From Methanomicrobia archaeon (GTDB lineage Archaea > Methanobacteriota_B > Thermococci > Methanofastidiosales > NM3): DNA of 64,000 nt. This document shows, piece after piece, positions 1 through 11,047 of this stretch. A model generated the notes under the pieces. That model did not search any database and was not told the origin of the DNA. It saw nothing but the letters and a program-made list of their open reading frames with translations. Position 1 is the first letter of the stretch, and each line of letters opens with the position of its first letter. The stretch spans positions 42,656-106,655 of the forward strand of contig JAUVXU010000004.1 of NCBI GenBank assembly GCA_030603445.1, read 5' to 3'. The position numbers and the translations under genes are program-made.

Positions 1-108
1 AACATGCGAAGCATCATTTTACAACTGGCAAGATTATACTACACAAGCCTTGTTGATATAGCAGGCAAGTACGGCGTGTCAGAAAATGACATAAATAAGG
101 AAATAGGC

Positions 109-1296
109 CTAACGGGCAGCTGAGGCAATCTTGATTATATCGCCGGACTTGATCTCATAATCCTCAGATATCCTTCGGCCGGTTCTCACATTTAGCGCAT
201 ATATGTAGTTATTTGCAATATCTGAGTGTATCTTTTTAGCAAGATCCATCGGTGTAGAGCCTCGTTTTAACAAGTATGCATCAGGAAGTACAGCACCCTT
301 TCCATCGCAAAACTTCTTCTCGTTTTCCACAGGATAGACAACAATGCGATCAAGTATATCAAAGATTGCGGTGTTGATGCAGCGCTGCACCCCTGTTGCC
401 CCGTATTTTTGTATAATGTGCCTCACGCGCTCAAGGGCATCAAGCTGCTTTGGGGACAAGTCCCCCACAACATCGAAGTCCGCTGCCCCTGGTATATATG
501 ATATCAAGTTCGCAGAAGCTGCCTTTTTTAGGAGAAACTCCGCCTCAGCACTTACAGGAAACACGTTAGGCACCTCTTTTACCAATCTCTTCACCAAATC
601 ATCGTCGGCAACGTCTATCTTGTTTGCTGCAACAACAATAGGGCGCGTGTTCCTTCGAAGCTCCATGGAAAATTCACAAATGTCATCCAAAGACCATTTT
701 TTAGGTTTTTCAGAATCCAGGCCAAGCTTGCGAACAGCAACATACACGTCATCCTCCCCGATACCTATGCCGGAGAAATGGTCTGCTATCACGTGATAGA
801 TGTTCTTATTGGTAAGGGCTATCTTGCGCGAGAACTTCTCCCAGTTCTTTGAAAATAGGCCTGTAAACCACATATCTATCTCCTTTTCCAAAAAAGCAAC
901 GTCAAGGAGGGGATCATGGCTGCCTCTTTTCACAGGATTGCCGCTATCATCCACAGACCCAGAGGCATCCACCACATGGATAAGAACGTTTGCCCTGCGA
1001 ATATCGTCCAGGAACTGGTTGCCCAATCCTTTTCCCATATGCGCACCCGGGACTATGCCGGCAACATCTATTATCGTTGTCGGGACAAGCCTTGTGCCAT
1101 GGTCGCATTTAGCGTTTTTTGGGTTGCAGGTAAGAGAGTACTCTTTACAGGGGCAAGGCACGGTAACGTAAGTGACGCCAGTGTTTGACTCTATTGTTGT
1201 GAAAGGATAATTAGCAACTTCGGCAGCGCCATGCGTGCAGGCGTTAAAGAAGGTAGATTTACCAACATTGGGTTTTCCAACAATTCCTATCTCCAT
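109..1296 (-). CDS. Obg-like ATPase/GTPase (YchF/Ola1-type) with Cys-rich insert and C-terminal TGS domain
   Basis: N-terminal P-loop 'GIVGKPNVGKSTFFNA' matches the YchF G1 motif. A CxC...C...C insert follows. The C-terminal TGS-like segment reads 'SGDIIKIAS'. Confidence 0.6.
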   Translation of the reverse strand: MEIGIVGKPNVGKSTFFNACTHGAAEVANYPFTTIESNTGVTYVTVPCPCKEYSLTCNPKNAKCDHGTRLVPTTIIDVAGIVPGAHMGKGLGNQFLDDIRRANVLIHVVDASGSVDDSGNPVKRGSHDPLLDVAFLEKEIDMWFTGLFSKNWEKFSRKIALTNKNIYHVIADHFSGIGIGEDDVYVAVRKLGLDSEKPKKWSLDDICEFSMELRRNTRPIVVAANKIDVADDDLVKRLVKEVPNVFPVSAEAEFLLKKAASANLISYIPGAADFDVVGDLSPKQLDALERVRHIIQKYGATGVQRCINTAIFDILDRIVVYPVENEKKFCDGKGAVLPDAYLLKRGSTPMDLAKKIHSDIANNYIYALNVRTGRRISEDYEIKSGDIIKIASAAR

Positions 1297-1508
1297 ACAG
1301 ATACCTCTATTTTCAACTACTCAGGTATTCTTTAAATACATTATCTTTTTATAAACAAACCGTTAAATGAGATATACATGATTTTAGCATGTAAAATCTT
1401 AAAGATTATAAAAATAGATATATACTAGGATATAATCCTACTTATAGTTGAGAGGGCTGCCGGATAAGTGAAGCATGCCCTTGGTGGCGCCAATATATAT
1501 GAGGTGAA

Positions 1509-2672
1509 GTGATGAAAAAGCTACCTGTTGATGCATGGCATCAAAAACATGGAAAGATGGTGGAGTTTGCAGGATGGGAAATGCCATTATGGTATGAAGG
1601 GATACGTGAAGAACACTTGGCCGTAAGAAACGGTATCGGGGCGTTTGATGTTTCCCATATGGGGGAAATAATTGTATCTGGAAAGGACGCTTTGTCGTTC
1701 CTGCAGTGGACCACTACAAACGATATCAAAAAGCCGCCCCCAATATCGGGAACATACGCCCTAGTGCTTAATGAGAGGGGAGCAATAAAAGATGAGACCC
1801 TTGTGTACAACATGGGGGATGACACTTACATGGTGGTGTGTGATGCAGTTGCAGTTCCAAAGCTTGTTGCACACTTCACTACACTAAAAAATACAATTGA
1901 ACAGTTCTCAACAGTAGATCTAACTATCACTGATAAAACAGAACATATGTGCCTATTTTCCATCCAGGGCCCCAAGGCCCAGCAGCTCTGCATCAGCTTA
2001 TTTGGTGTAGACATAATGGATATGTGGTGGTTTCAGGCCAAAAAGATAAAGCACAACGGCGCCTCAATAATACTTTCAAAATCAGGCTATACGGGAGAGA
2101 ACGGTTTTGAACTCTTCTTCGATGTAATTAAGGATAAAAGCGATGTGGCAACTTCGCTATGGGAAGAGATCCTAAAGAAGGGTGAGCCATACGGCATAAA
2201 ACCTTGCGGCCTTGGTGCAAGGGACACGCTACGTATAGAGTCTGGATACACCCTCTATGGACATGAAACCCAAGAAAAGCAGGTGTTATCAGAAGATGTG
2301 GATGAAGTAACACCACTTGAAGCCGGGCTTGATTTTGCAATATCCTTTGACAAGGATTTTATCGGAAAACAAGCACTGCTAATACAAAAAGAAAGAGGTG
2401 TGACCTACCATCTAGCACATTTCACCCTTCTGGACAAGGCAATACCCAGGGAAGGGGACAAAATAATAAAACATGGGAACGTGATCGGAGAGATCACAAG
2501 CGGCACTAAGTCTCCCCTAACAGGATCTGCAATAGCAATAGGCAGGATAAAATCCGGTGTGACGGGAATGGTATCTATAGAAGTAAGGGGAACCCCGCGC
2601 AAGGCACGTATAGTATCCCCCCCGTTCTATGATCCAAAGAAGTACGGTGCATGTAGGGAAGTGGAAATATGA
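1509..2672 (+). CDS. gcvT: glycine cleavage system T protein (aminomethyltransferase)
   Basis: 387 aa. N-terminal '[16 protein letters not shown]...[18 protein letters not shown]' is the GcvT signature. Its stop overlaps the start of the downstream H-protein gene. Confidence 0.85.
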   Translation: MMKKLPVDAWHQKHGKMVEFAGWEMPLWYEGIREEHLAVRNGIGAFDVSHMGEIIVSGKDALSFLQWTTTNDIKKPPPISGTYALVLNERGAIKDETLVYNMGDDTYMVVCDAVAVPKLVAHFTTLKNTIEQFSTVDLTITDKTEHMCLFSIQGPKAQQLCISLFGVDIMDMWWFQAKKIKHNGASIILSKSGYTGENGFELFFDVIKDKSDVATSLWEEILKKGEPYGIKPCGLGARDTLRIESGYTLYGHETQEKQVLSEDVDEVTPLEAGLDFAISFDKDFIGKQALLIQKERGVTYHLAHFTLLDKAIPREGDKIIKHGNVIGEITSGTKSPLTGSAIAIGRIKSGVTGMVSIEVRGTPRKARIVSPPFYDPKKYGACREVEI

Positions 2673-3064
2673 GCAAAGGAAAATATGAGGTACGAGAAGG
2701 TCTTATGTATACCAAAGACCACGAATGGATAATGATTAAAGATGATGTCTTTACAGTGGGTATCACAGATTATGCCTCCCGTGAAATGGGCGATATCGCA
2801 TTTGTAGAGCTCCCTGAAGTGGGAAAGGCCATGAAAAAAGGGGACCTACTATGCGAGATAGAATCCGTAAAAGCGGTTTCGGAGATAAGAAGCCCCTTTG
2901 ATTGTACCATCAAAGAAGTTAATAAAGAAGTTGAGGATGCTCCAGAGGCGCTTAGTGAAGACCCATTCGGGACCTGGATAGTGCGCCTTGAGAACGTAGT
3001 AGATCAGATGAATCTGCTAAATGACAAAGAGTATGCAAAGCTTTTAGATTCCCTGGATGACTGA
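2669..3064 (+). CDS. gcvH: glycine cleavage system H protein (lipoyl carrier)
   Basis: 131 aa. Lipoyl-lysine motif '[10 protein letters not shown]' is present. Translationally coupled to gcvT by a 4-nt overlap. Confidence 0.85.
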   Translation: MSKGKYEVREGLMYTKDHEWIMIKDDVFTVGITDYASREMGDIAFVELPEVGKAMKKGDLLCEIESVKAVSEIRSPFDCTIKEVNKEVEDAPEALSEDPFGTWIVRLENVVDQMNLLNDKEYAKLLDSLDD

Positions 3065-3087
3065 CGCCCAATTTTCCTGGTGCTCTC

Positions 3088-5277
3088 ATGACATACGTCT
3101 CACACCCCCTGATACGTGAAAGATCAATAGAGCAGCGCGCTTACCAGGAAAAGATATTTGCTGCAATATCCTCCAAAAGCTCGATGGTCGTTCTCCCGAC
3201 CGGCCTTGGAAAGACTTACATAGCCGCCATGCTTACTGCACACACAATTGCAAATCTTGGGGGAAAAGTATTATTCATGGCCCCAACAAAACCCCTTGTC
3301 CTTCAACACAAAGACACATTTGATGCTGTCATGAAAATTGATAGGTCTAAGATGGTCTGTTTTACAGGGGCAACCCCCCCGTCCAAAAGGGAAGCGGGAT
3401 ACGAGGATGCCACGATAATATTTGCAACACCCCAGGTCATAGAAAATGACATCATATCTAAAAGGCTGAAGCTTGATGACATCAATCTGCTAATCTTTGA
3501 TGAGGCGCATCGCGCAACAGGTGATTATGCATACGTCTACATCGCACAGACGTACAACTCTGCTAAAAAAGATGGAATGGTGCTAGGCATCACAGCATCC
3601 CCCGGATACGATAGGTCCCGCATAAAGGACATAATAAAAAATCTGGGCATAACGAATCTTCATATAGAGAACGAGGACTCGCATGACGTCGCCCCGTATG
3701 TGCATGACATAAAAACAGAGTGGATAAGGCTAACATTTCCGCCTGAGCTTGAACAAAGCAGGGCACTGCTTAGGAAAGTATACGATGAAAAACTAGAAAT
3801 TGTGCTTAGATTCCGTCTAACTACAAAACCCAAGAAGTACATAAACAAGCGGGACCTGCTTGGTTTTGGTGAACAGCTTAGAAAAATGCTTTTCAAAAAA
3901 CCTGTTGCAGGGGAGATATACACAGGCATAAAGGCCCAATCAATAGCAATCAAGGTATCCCATGCCATCGAACTGCTCGAGACGCAGGGGCCCCATGCAA
4001 TGCTATCTTATTTTGAGAAAGTAAAAAAGCAAAAATCCAAATCTGCAAGGGAAATGCTACTTGATGTGCGCATTAGCCGCGCCGTTTCCTTGGCCAGAAA
4101 ATATGAAAACGAGCACCCAAAGATAATCAAGCTAAAAGAGATATTACAAACGATAGGAGAAGGGCAAAACGCCATTGTGTTTTCGCAGTACCGCGATAGC
4201 GTAATGCAGATTGCTAAATCTCTTGAAACTATAGAAGGCATACGCCCTGTTAGATTCGTTGGGCAGTCTAGCAGAGAAAATGATGAGGGGCTAACCCAAA
4301 AGAAGCAAAAAGAGCTCCTGGATGCCTTCAAGAAAGGGACATACAACGTACTAGTTGCAACATCTGTTGCAGAGGAGGGGCTAGACATACCTAACGTAGA
4401 TCTGGTCGTGTTCTTTGAACCAATACCTTCTGAGATTCGCACGATACAGCGAAGGGGAAGAACAGGAAGGCGCCGTACAGGGCGCCTGGTAGTGCTAATT
4501 ATGGAAGACACAATTGACGAGGCATACTACAATGTTGCAAAAGGGAAGGAAAAGAAGATGCATAGCGTCCTATCTAAGATGGGGACGAAAACCTCTGTAA
4601 AAAATGACGGGCAAATCAAGCTGGATAGCTTCGATTCCCCGAACATAAAGATAATCTGTGACGGGCGCGAGAATCCTTCCATTATAAAACAGCTTGCCCA
4701 AAAGGCTGCAATAGAGATGAGGACGCTTGAGGTAGGGGACTATATCCTCTCAGAGCGAATAGGCATAGAGCGCAAATCCACAGAGGACTTTTTGCGTTCG
4801 CTGTTTGACAATAAATTATTTGAACAGGTGCGCAATCTGCGTGACAGCTTCGAGATACCCCTCCTGTTAATAGAAGGGGAAAATATATTCACAAAACACG
4901 ATGCCAACTCAGCTGCGGTGCGTAGCGCTCTTTTAGCCATACTCGTTGACTTCAATGTTGGGATCATCTTCTCACATGACATTTCTGAATCAGCAGAGTA
5001 CCTGTACCATCTGGCAAGAAGGGAGCAGACAGAACAAAAAGGCATCCCAAAACTAAGGGGCGATAAGAGGGCAATGACGCTGCAGGAGACGCAGATATAC
5101 TTACTTGAGGGGCTTCCAAACATCTCCGCAACCCTTGCCAGGCGCCTGCTATCGCATTTCGATTCTGTAGAACGCGTCATTGCGGCATCAGAAGAAGAAC
5201 TAAAAGAAGTAGAAGGAATAGGAGAAAAAACAGCGAAAAAAATAAAGGAGATAGTTAGCGCAAAATATGTTCACTAA
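3088..5277 (+). CDS. hef: Hef helicase-nuclease (SF2 helicase fused to ERCC4/XPF nuclease and HhH2)
   Basis: Walker A 'PTGLGKT', motif II 'DEAH', motif VI 'QRRGRTGR'. C-terminal ERCC4 core 'GDYILSERIGIERK'. Terminal HhH segment 'LPNISATLARRLLSHF'. Confidence 0.85.
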   Translation: MTYVSHPLIRERSIEQRAYQEKIFAAISSKSSMVVLPTGLGKTYIAAMLTAHTIANLGGKVLFMAPTKPLVLQHKDTFDAVMKIDRSKMVCFTGATPPSKREAGYEDATIIFATPQVIENDIISKRLKLDDINLLIFDEAHRATGDYAYVYIAQTYNSAKKDGMVLGITASPGYDRSRIKDIIKNLGITNLHIENEDSHDVAPYVHDIKTEWIRLTFPPELEQSRALLRKVYDEKLEIVLRFRLTTKPKKYINKRDLLGFGEQLRKMLFKKPVAGEIYTGIKAQSIAIKVSHAIELLETQGPHAMLSYFEKVKKQKSKSAREMLLDVRISRAVSLARKYENEHPKIIKLKEILQTIGEGQNAIVFSQYRDSVMQIAKSLETIEGIRPVRFVGQSSRENDEGLTQKKQKELLDAFKKGTYNVLVATSVAEEGLDIPNVDLVVFFEPIPSEIRTIQRRGRTGRRRTGRLVVLIMEDTIDEAYYNVAKGKEKKMHSVLSKMGTKTSVKNDGQIKLDSFDSPNIKIICDGRENPSIIKQLAQKAAIEMRTLEVGDYILSERIGIERKSTEDFLRSLFDNKLFEQVRNLRDSFEIPLLLIEGENIFTKHDANSAAVRSALLAILVDFNVGIIFSHDISESAEYLYHLARREQTEQKGIPKLRGDKRAMTLQETQIYLLEGLPNISATLARRLLSHFDSVERVIAASEEELKEVEGIGEKTAKKIKEIVSAKYVH

Positions 5278-6371
5278 ATTTCCAAGAACTCTTTGTTAGC
5301 AGTTGTTAAAATCTCTATGCCATTCTTTTTCACAAGCACATCATCCTCTATGCGAACGCCGCCATAACCTGGGAGGTATATTCCCGGCTCCACCGTAAGC
5401 ACCATCCCTGGTTCAATTGCCCCCTCTTCCAAGGGGGACAAGCGAAGCATCTCATGAACAGATAATCCTATGCCATGCCCCAAGCTGTGGATAAATCTGC
5501 CCTTATATGGCGTGTCGTTTATGAACTTTGCAACCTTGATATGCGGCTCATTTAACGGGATGCCTGCCTGGATGGTATCAAAACCTAGTTGTTGTGCCTC
5601 AAAAACGGTCTCATAAATTGCCTTGTCCTTCTTGGACGCCTTTCCAAAAAAGAATGTACGGGTAATGTCCGAGACGTACCTGCTGTAAATTGCCCCAAAA
5701 TCAAATAGTGTGAACACGTTGTCAGTAAGCGTGTCCTTTCCTCCAATATAATGCGGCTCAGCAGAGTTCTTTCCAAATGATGAGATGGTGGTAAAAGAGG
5801 GGCCGTCTGCACCAAGCTTCTTCATATTGTACTCTATCTCTGCTGCAACCTCATCTTCACGCACGCCGTCATGCAGCATTTCAGGTATCATGTCCGCCAC
5901 CTTCGATGCTATGTTGCACGATTTCCTTATACGTTCTATCTCATTTTTATCCTTTATGGAGCGAGCAGATATTATAGCCTTTGAACAATCTACGAAAGTG
6001 GAGTTTGGCGCAATCTTTTGTAAAAGTTCGAACTTCTTGTAGACGAGCTCCTCTGCATTGATCCCGATGCGCTTTTTGTCATTTAGCCTTTCAGAGATAA
6101 TAGAGTTGTACTCATCGCGCGATCTGAACACTATAAACTCATCGCTGCCCTTACACGCGCTAGTCTCCTCTAACAATGATACCAGCACCACGCAGCTTCC
6201 ATCTGGATACAAGAATGCTACGCTGCCCTCAAAAAGGCCAGTTTCATACCCTGTAACATAAAAAAAAGAGGAGTCTATCATAGGATCGATATGATTTGCA
6301 ATCACTATAACATCCACATCCCTGGAAATAGAATCAAATATCTTTTTTACACGCCCTTTCATAAATACCAC
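5274..6371 (-). CDS. Xaa-Pro aminopeptidase / M24 family metallopeptidase
   Basis: M24 'pita-bread' fold motifs 'HSLGHGIGLSVHE' and 'GMVLTVEPGIY', with 'RIED' at the C-terminus. Confidence 0.8.
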   Translation of the reverse strand: MVFMKGRVKKIFDSISRDVDVIVIANHIDPMIDSSFFYVTGYETGLFEGSVAFLYPDGSCVVLVSLLEETSACKGSDEFIVFRSRDEYNSIISERLNDKKRIGINAEELVYKKFELLQKIAPNSTFVDCSKAIISARSIKDKNEIERIRKSCNIASKVADMIPEMLHDGVREDEVAAEIEYNMKKLGADGPSFTTISSFGKNSAEPHYIGGKDTLTDNVFTLFDFGAIYSRYVSDITRTFFFGKASKKDKAIYETVFEAQQLGFDTIQAGIPLNEPHIKVAKFINDTPYKGRFIHSLGHGIGLSVHEMLRLSPLEEGAIEPGMVLTVEPGIYLPGYGGVRIEDDVLVKKNGIEILTTANKEFLEI

Positions 6372-6429
6372 TTTTATAAGAATTAGTCAACAAACTTTTT
6401 TAACCTTTTGTAATGCAAATAGTATCACG

Positions 6430-6852
6430 ATGCACATGGAAATTATTGATCATCCTGCAGACATAGGGTTTAAGGTAGTTGGATCGAGCCTGGAAGAGAC
6501 TTATAGGAACGCCGGAAAAGCGTTATATAGTCTCCTAGTTACCTCACCTAAAAGAGATTCGGATACTGAATTAAATCTCGAGATAAGGTCTGAAGACCTC
6601 CTGTCGCTGACCTATGACTATCTCGAACAGCTTCTTATCCTATTTGAGACCGACTGCTTTGTACCAAACAAGATACATATTGGCCTTAAAGAAGAGGAAG
6701 AAGGATACCTGATGCATGTACGATTAGAAGGATTTACTGTCAATCTGGTTGAGGCAGAACTCAATTACAAAATAAAGGCCGTTACATATCACCAGATGGA
6801 AGTAGAACCCTGTGACAAGGGATGGTACATAAAGGTTATATTAGATATATAA
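6430..6852 (+). CDS. archease (RtcB ligase cofactor)
   Basis: 140 aa. N-terminal 'IDHPADIGFKV' matches the archease family. Confidence 0.75.
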   Translation: MHMEIIDHPADIGFKVVGSSLEETYRNAGKALYSLLVTSPKRDSDTELNLEIRSEDLLSLTYDYLEQLLILFETDCFVPNKIHIGLKEEEEGYLMHVRLEGFTVNLVEAELNYKIKAVTYHQMEVEPCDKGWYIKVILDI

Positions 6853-6902
6853 AATCAATATCTTTAAAAATCAATCTTACCATGGAATGCAAAGGTGTGA
6901 CG

Positions 6903-8153
6903 ATGGACAGCAAGACAAGACATCATTTCAAGAAGCAACTAGACTTCCTAAAAAAGATAAGAGGAAGACATACAGAGCTAGTGTCAGTTTACATTCCGGC
7001 AGGATATGAGATATCAAAGGTGGCACAGCAGCTGCGCGATGAACAGGGCACTGCTACGAACATCAAGTCTAAATCGACTAAAAAAAATGTGCTTGGGGCA
7101 CTTGAGAAAGTCATGTCCCACTTAAGATTATTCCCGCGAACTCCAGAAAAGGGGCTTGTCATATTTTCTGGCAATGTCTCACAAAAAGATGGTGTTTCAG
7201 ACCTGCAGCTCTTCTCCATAGAAACCCCTGAACCGATCAATATACGGATTTATCGCTGTGACCAGGAATTCGTGCTCGATCCGCTTTACGATATGATAGA
7301 GGAAAAGGATGTGTACGGCCTCCTCATAGTAGAAAGGAACGAGGCCACAATAGGCATGCTGCGCGGCAAGCATATTGAGGTACTTGAGCACTTAACGTCC
7401 GGTGTTCCGGGTAAAACCCGTGCAGGAGGACAATCGTCTGTGCGTTTCGCACGATTAAGAGAAGAGGCTGCAAAACAGTTCAATGAAAGGATAGGGGAAC
7501 ACTTCAACAGGCACTTTATTGGAATAGAAAACCTAAAAGGCATAATAGTGGGTGGGCCTGGTATGACAAAACAGGTCTTTGTTGACGGTGAGTATCTCCA
7601 TTATGAACTTCAGAAAAAGATACTTGGGACACTAGATACTGTATATACAGAAGAATATGGGTTAAGGGAGCTTATAGAAAAAGCGGAGGATCTCCTGTCA
7701 AACCTTGAAATAATCGCCGAGAAGCGCATCATGGCAAGATTTTTCAATGAGCTTATCCATGAAACAGGCCTTGCTTCATATGGGGAAAAAGAAGTTCGCC
7801 ACCAGTTGATGATGGGAAGCGTGGATACGCTGCTGCTCTCAGACGACCTAGACAAAAGCAGAGTGAAGGTAGAATGCGGGAACTGTGAATACGTAAAAGG
7901 GGTCACACTAGACTCCCTCTCCGTTCTCAAGCTGCGTGAAGAGCTTTCCACAGGAAAATGCCCCGGCTGCAGCAACATACGCCTTAAAATCGTGGAAGAG
8001 GTAGACCTCGTGGATGAGCTGTCTGCACTGGCAGAGTCCATGAACTCAAATGTCTACATAGTCTCAGGCGAGACGGAAGAAGGCGCTCAGCTCATACAGG
8101 CCTTTGGCGGCCTTGCAGCGATCTTACGCTATGCAGGAGAGAAGTCCGCATGA
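6903..8153 (+). CDS. prf1: peptide chain release factor aRF1
   Basis: The eRF1/aRF1 GGQ motif appears as 'KTRAGGQSSVRFARLREE'. Domains 1-3 architecture is present. The ORF is open from 6822, but the ATG at 6903 has a GGTG RBS-like element upstream and avoids overlap with archease. Confidence 0.8.
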   Translation: MDSKTRHHFKKQLDFLKKIRGRHTELVSVYIPAGYEISKVAQQLRDEQGTATNIKSKSTKKNVLGALEKVMSHLRLFPRTPEKGLVIFSGNVSQKDGVSDLQLFSIETPEPINIRIYRCDQEFVLDPLYDMIEEKDVYGLLIVERNEATIGMLRGKHIEVLEHLTSGVPGKTRAGGQSSVRFARLREEAAKQFNERIGEHFNRHFIGIENLKGIIVGGPGMTKQVFVDGEYLHYELQKKILGTLDTVYTEEYGLRELIEKAEDLLSNLEIIAEKRIMARFFNELIHETGLASYGEKEVRHQLMMGSVDTLLLSDDLDKSRVKVECGNCEYVKGVTLDSLSVLKLREELSTGKCPGCSNIRLKIVEEVDLVDELSALAESMNSNVYIVSGETEEGAQLIQAFGGLAAILRYAGEKSA

Positions 8154-9934
8154 TGAAGAAGTACCTTAAAGATTATTTGAAAAAAATAACAGGGCGCGAC
8201 GACATAATAATTGATATGCCTCCAAATCCCAATATGGGGGACTACTCATCAGCAGTAGCGTTCCAGATAGCTAAAGAAAGAGGGGATAATCCAGTTAACG
8301 TTGCAAAAGGCATTGTCGCAGAATGCAACAAATGCCTGCCAGAGAGAATAGACAAGATCACTACCATGGGCCCATATATCAACTTCTTTATTAACACAGA
8401 ACTCTATGCCAAATCTGTTTTACAGATGATATTTGAACAAGACGAAAGTTATGGCATGTTAGAATCAAAGAATCAAAGGGTAATAGTTGAGCACACATCG
8501 GTAAATCCAAATAAGCCCCTGCATATGGGCGCAGCCCGAAACTCGATCCTCGGTGACTGTATTGCTCGCGTGCTACGCGTGGCCGGGTACGAGGTGGAGG
8601 TGGAAAACTACATCGACGACCTCGGCATCCAGTTCGCTGAAGTATTCTGGGGAATTATAAAAGAGGGCGACAATGCCGATGAAAAATATGACCATTTTCT
8701 TGGGAAGCTCTATATCCGCGTGCATGAGCAGATGAATCCTGAAATTGAGGAAGATATCAAAAAGTTAAACAAAGAACTCGAGGACCCTTCTTCTAAGAAT
8801 GCGAAGCTTGCACGAAGTGTTGTTGAGCGCTGCGTGGCAAGCCATCTTGAGTCTTTAAATGCGCTAAACATCGGCTACGATGTTTTGGTGTGGGAAAGCG
8901 GCATCGTGCATGCAGGGCTTTTTGATGAGACGTTTAGGCGCCTTCGCAAAAGCAAAGACATAGTTCTTGAAAAGGACGGGCCGCTAGAAGGATGCCTTGT
9001 TATGAAGCTTGGGAGGATATTCCCGAATATGAAAAACCCAGACAAGGTGCTTATCCGCTCAGATGGCACCCCCACCTACACCGCCAAGGACATAGCGCTG
9101 CAGATGTGGAAGTTCGGCCTCCTTGACAAAGACCTAAAATACAGGAAATGGGACGAGAACACCATGACATCCAGCCTAGACGGAGAGGCATTTGACTTTG
9201 GCAATGCGGATATTGTTATCAATGTTATCGGTTCAGAACAGTCATACCCGCAAGAGGTCGTGAAACTCTCACTAAAGCTTCTTGGATACGATAAGCAGTC
9301 CGAGAACTCGTTTCATATGGCCTATGAGTTCGTCACGCTGCCAAACGACTCATTCTCAGGAAGAAGGGGCACATGGATTGGTTACACGCTTGATGATGTC
9401 ATAAATGCAGGGAGAGAAAAAGCAATAGATGAGCTAGATCGCCGAAGACCAGAACTTTCTGATATCATGAAACAGAAGATAGGAAATGCACTGGCCATTG
9501 GATCCATTCGCTACAACATAGTACGATACGCACCAGAGAAAAAGATAGTATTTCGCTGGGAAGACGCCCTCAACTTCGAGGGGGACTCGTGCCCATATAT
9601 TGAATATGCGCATGCGCGCTGCTGCTCCATATTAAAACGTGCAAAGGGAAAGAGAACACCTTCATACAGGTACGAACACCAAAAGGAAAGGGAGCTTATC
9701 AAAACACTATCCCAGCTGTCAGGTGTTGTGGAGCTTGCCGCACGGGACAAAAGGCCGCATTACATAACAAAATATGCCAATGAGACCGCCATAGCATTCA
9801 ACTCGTTTTACAACGAGCTTCCTGTCTTAAAATCTGAGCAGGTGGATGACAGGTTAGCCTTAGTTGATGCAACAAGGATAGTCCTTGCAAACTGCATGCG
9901 GCTTATCGGTATAGAACCACTTGAAGAGATGTGA
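8150..9934 (+). CDS. argS: arginyl-tRNA synthetase
   Basis: 594 aa class I aaRS. HIGH-type motif 'PNKPLHMGAARN'. DALR anticodon-binding C-terminus. Start overlaps the prf1 stop. Confidence 0.85.
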   Translation: MMKKYLKDYLKKITGRDDIIIDMPPNPNMGDYSSAVAFQIAKERGDNPVNVAKGIVAECNKCLPERIDKITTMGPYINFFINTELYAKSVLQMIFEQDESYGMLESKNQRVIVEHTSVNPNKPLHMGAARNSILGDCIARVLRVAGYEVEVENYIDDLGIQFAEVFWGIIKEGDNADEKYDHFLGKLYIRVHEQMNPEIEEDIKKLNKELEDPSSKNAKLARSVVERCVASHLESLNALNIGYDVLVWESGIVHAGLFDETFRRLRKSKDIVLEKDGPLEGCLVMKLGRIFPNMKNPDKVLIRSDGTPTYTAKDIALQMWKFGLLDKDLKYRKWDENTMTSSLDGEAFDFGNADIVINVIGSEQSYPQEVVKLSLKLLGYDKQSENSFHMAYEFVTLPNDSFSGRRGTWIGYTLDDVINAGREKAIDELDRRRPELSDIMKQKIGNALAIGSIRYNIVRYAPEKKIVFRWEDALNFEGDSCPYIEYAHARCCSILKRAKGKRTPSYRYEHQKERELIKTLSQLSGVVELAARDKRPHYITKYANETAIAFNSFYNELPVLKSEQVDDRLALVDATRIVLANCMRLIGIEPLEEM

Positions 9935-9984
9935 TGGCATTAAAAGCGATTTCTCTGAGAGGATAAAATAAAAAAAACTAAAGA

Positions 9985-10221
9985 ATGAAAACGTTCTTTT
10001 TAAAACAAGAAGGTGAGATCATAAGCAAAGAAAGTGACCTGTATAAAAAGATAAAGGACCCTTACCAAGAAGACGAAGATAGACTAAGCGCAGTTGATGA
10101 ACTCGGAAAAATGAACACAAAGAACGCGAAGGAGTATCTCTACAAGCTTGCTAATGACGGGTATCTTAGAGAGACCTTCAGGCTCCGGGCATATGATCAT
10201 GTTGCAGAGCAGCCAAAGTAA
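9985..10221 (+). CDS. small hypothetical protein (78 aa)
   Basis: ORF only. No recognisable motif. Sits between argS and a convergent PHP gene. Confidence 0.25.
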   Translation: MKTFFLKQEGEIISKESDLYKKIKDPYQEDEDRLSAVDELGKMNTKNAKEYLYKLANDGYLRETFRLRAYDHVAEQPK

Positions 10222-10245
10222 AATTCCAGCGCCCAGTAAAAGGCG

Positions 10246-10893
10246 CTAGCGCATGCCTTGACGCAGTATATGCGTCCTTACCCATTTTTCCATTATGTCT
10301 TTAGGAGAAACGCTGTGCCCTTTAACAACAGTGCGATTTGATATAATCTCGTCCTTGAAGTTGTCAATATCGCTAAATAGTGTGTAGCATGACCCCACCT
10401 CTTTTGCCATATGGGCATCACTTCCCGCAATCATTGGCACATTTCGCTCTTTGCATAGCGCCTCGGTTTTCCCATTGCTATAGATGTTATGCCCGTTCCT
10501 GGCCTCTACTGCATCAAACGGCAATGAAAATGCAAGTTCCCCGATGCCTTTTCGAAATCTATCAAGAGGGTGGGCAGCCACTGCTATTCCCCCTTGCTTA
10601 TGTATAAGCCCTATTGTTTGGGATGCTGGTAGCCCCCGTGATACGGGCCCCTCTATGCCATAAGCTAGTATGTGCCCCTCCTTTGATGATATCTCGCATC
10701 CTTTGATTATGAGTATGCTGCTTTTTACTGCAAGCGCCTCTTCTATGCCATCCATGTTGTTGTGATCTGTTATAGCTATACCGCTAAGCCCAATGCGTTC
10801 TGCAGCGCGTATCATGGCCTTCGGGCTGTCTAGGCCATCGCTATAGGAATAATAGGTATGGATATGCATGTCTACCTTGAACATAACAAACAT
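10246..10893 (-). CDS. PHP-domain metal-dependent phosphoesterase
   Basis: 'VDMHIHTYYSYSDG' and 'AITDHNNMDG' are PHP histidine motifs. 'AHP' and 'GSDAHM' also present. Confidence 0.75.
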   Translation of the reverse strand: MFVMFKVDMHIHTYYSYSDGLDSPKAMIRAAERIGLSGIAITDHNNMDGIEEALAVKSSILIIKGCEISSKEGHILAYGIEGPVSRGLPASQTIGLIHKQGGIAVAAHPLDRFRKGIGELAFSLPFDAVEARNGHNIYSNGKTEALCKERNVPMIAGSDAHMAKEVGSCYTLFSDIDNFKDEIISNRTVVKGHSVSPKDIMEKWVRTHILRQGMR

Positions 10894-11047
10894 CTAGGAG
10901 AAAAGAGTTAAAAAGCATTGCTGTTTTCAACCCATACCAGCAGCATCGCAAAAATATACATGACAATATCTGGGGAAAATATGCCACAAAATTTTTATGT
11001 AGTATTTTATTACTGTAAAACACTTAGTTTAAGGAATTGGTGTAATT

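Noticed and set aside
6822-6902. Longer aRF1 start at 6822 overlapping the archease gene by 31 nt
   Set aside because: The extension ('MVHKGYIRYIKSISLKINLTMECKGVT') is not part of conserved aRF1 N-termini. The ATG at 6903 has a GGTG RBS-like element and removes the overlap.
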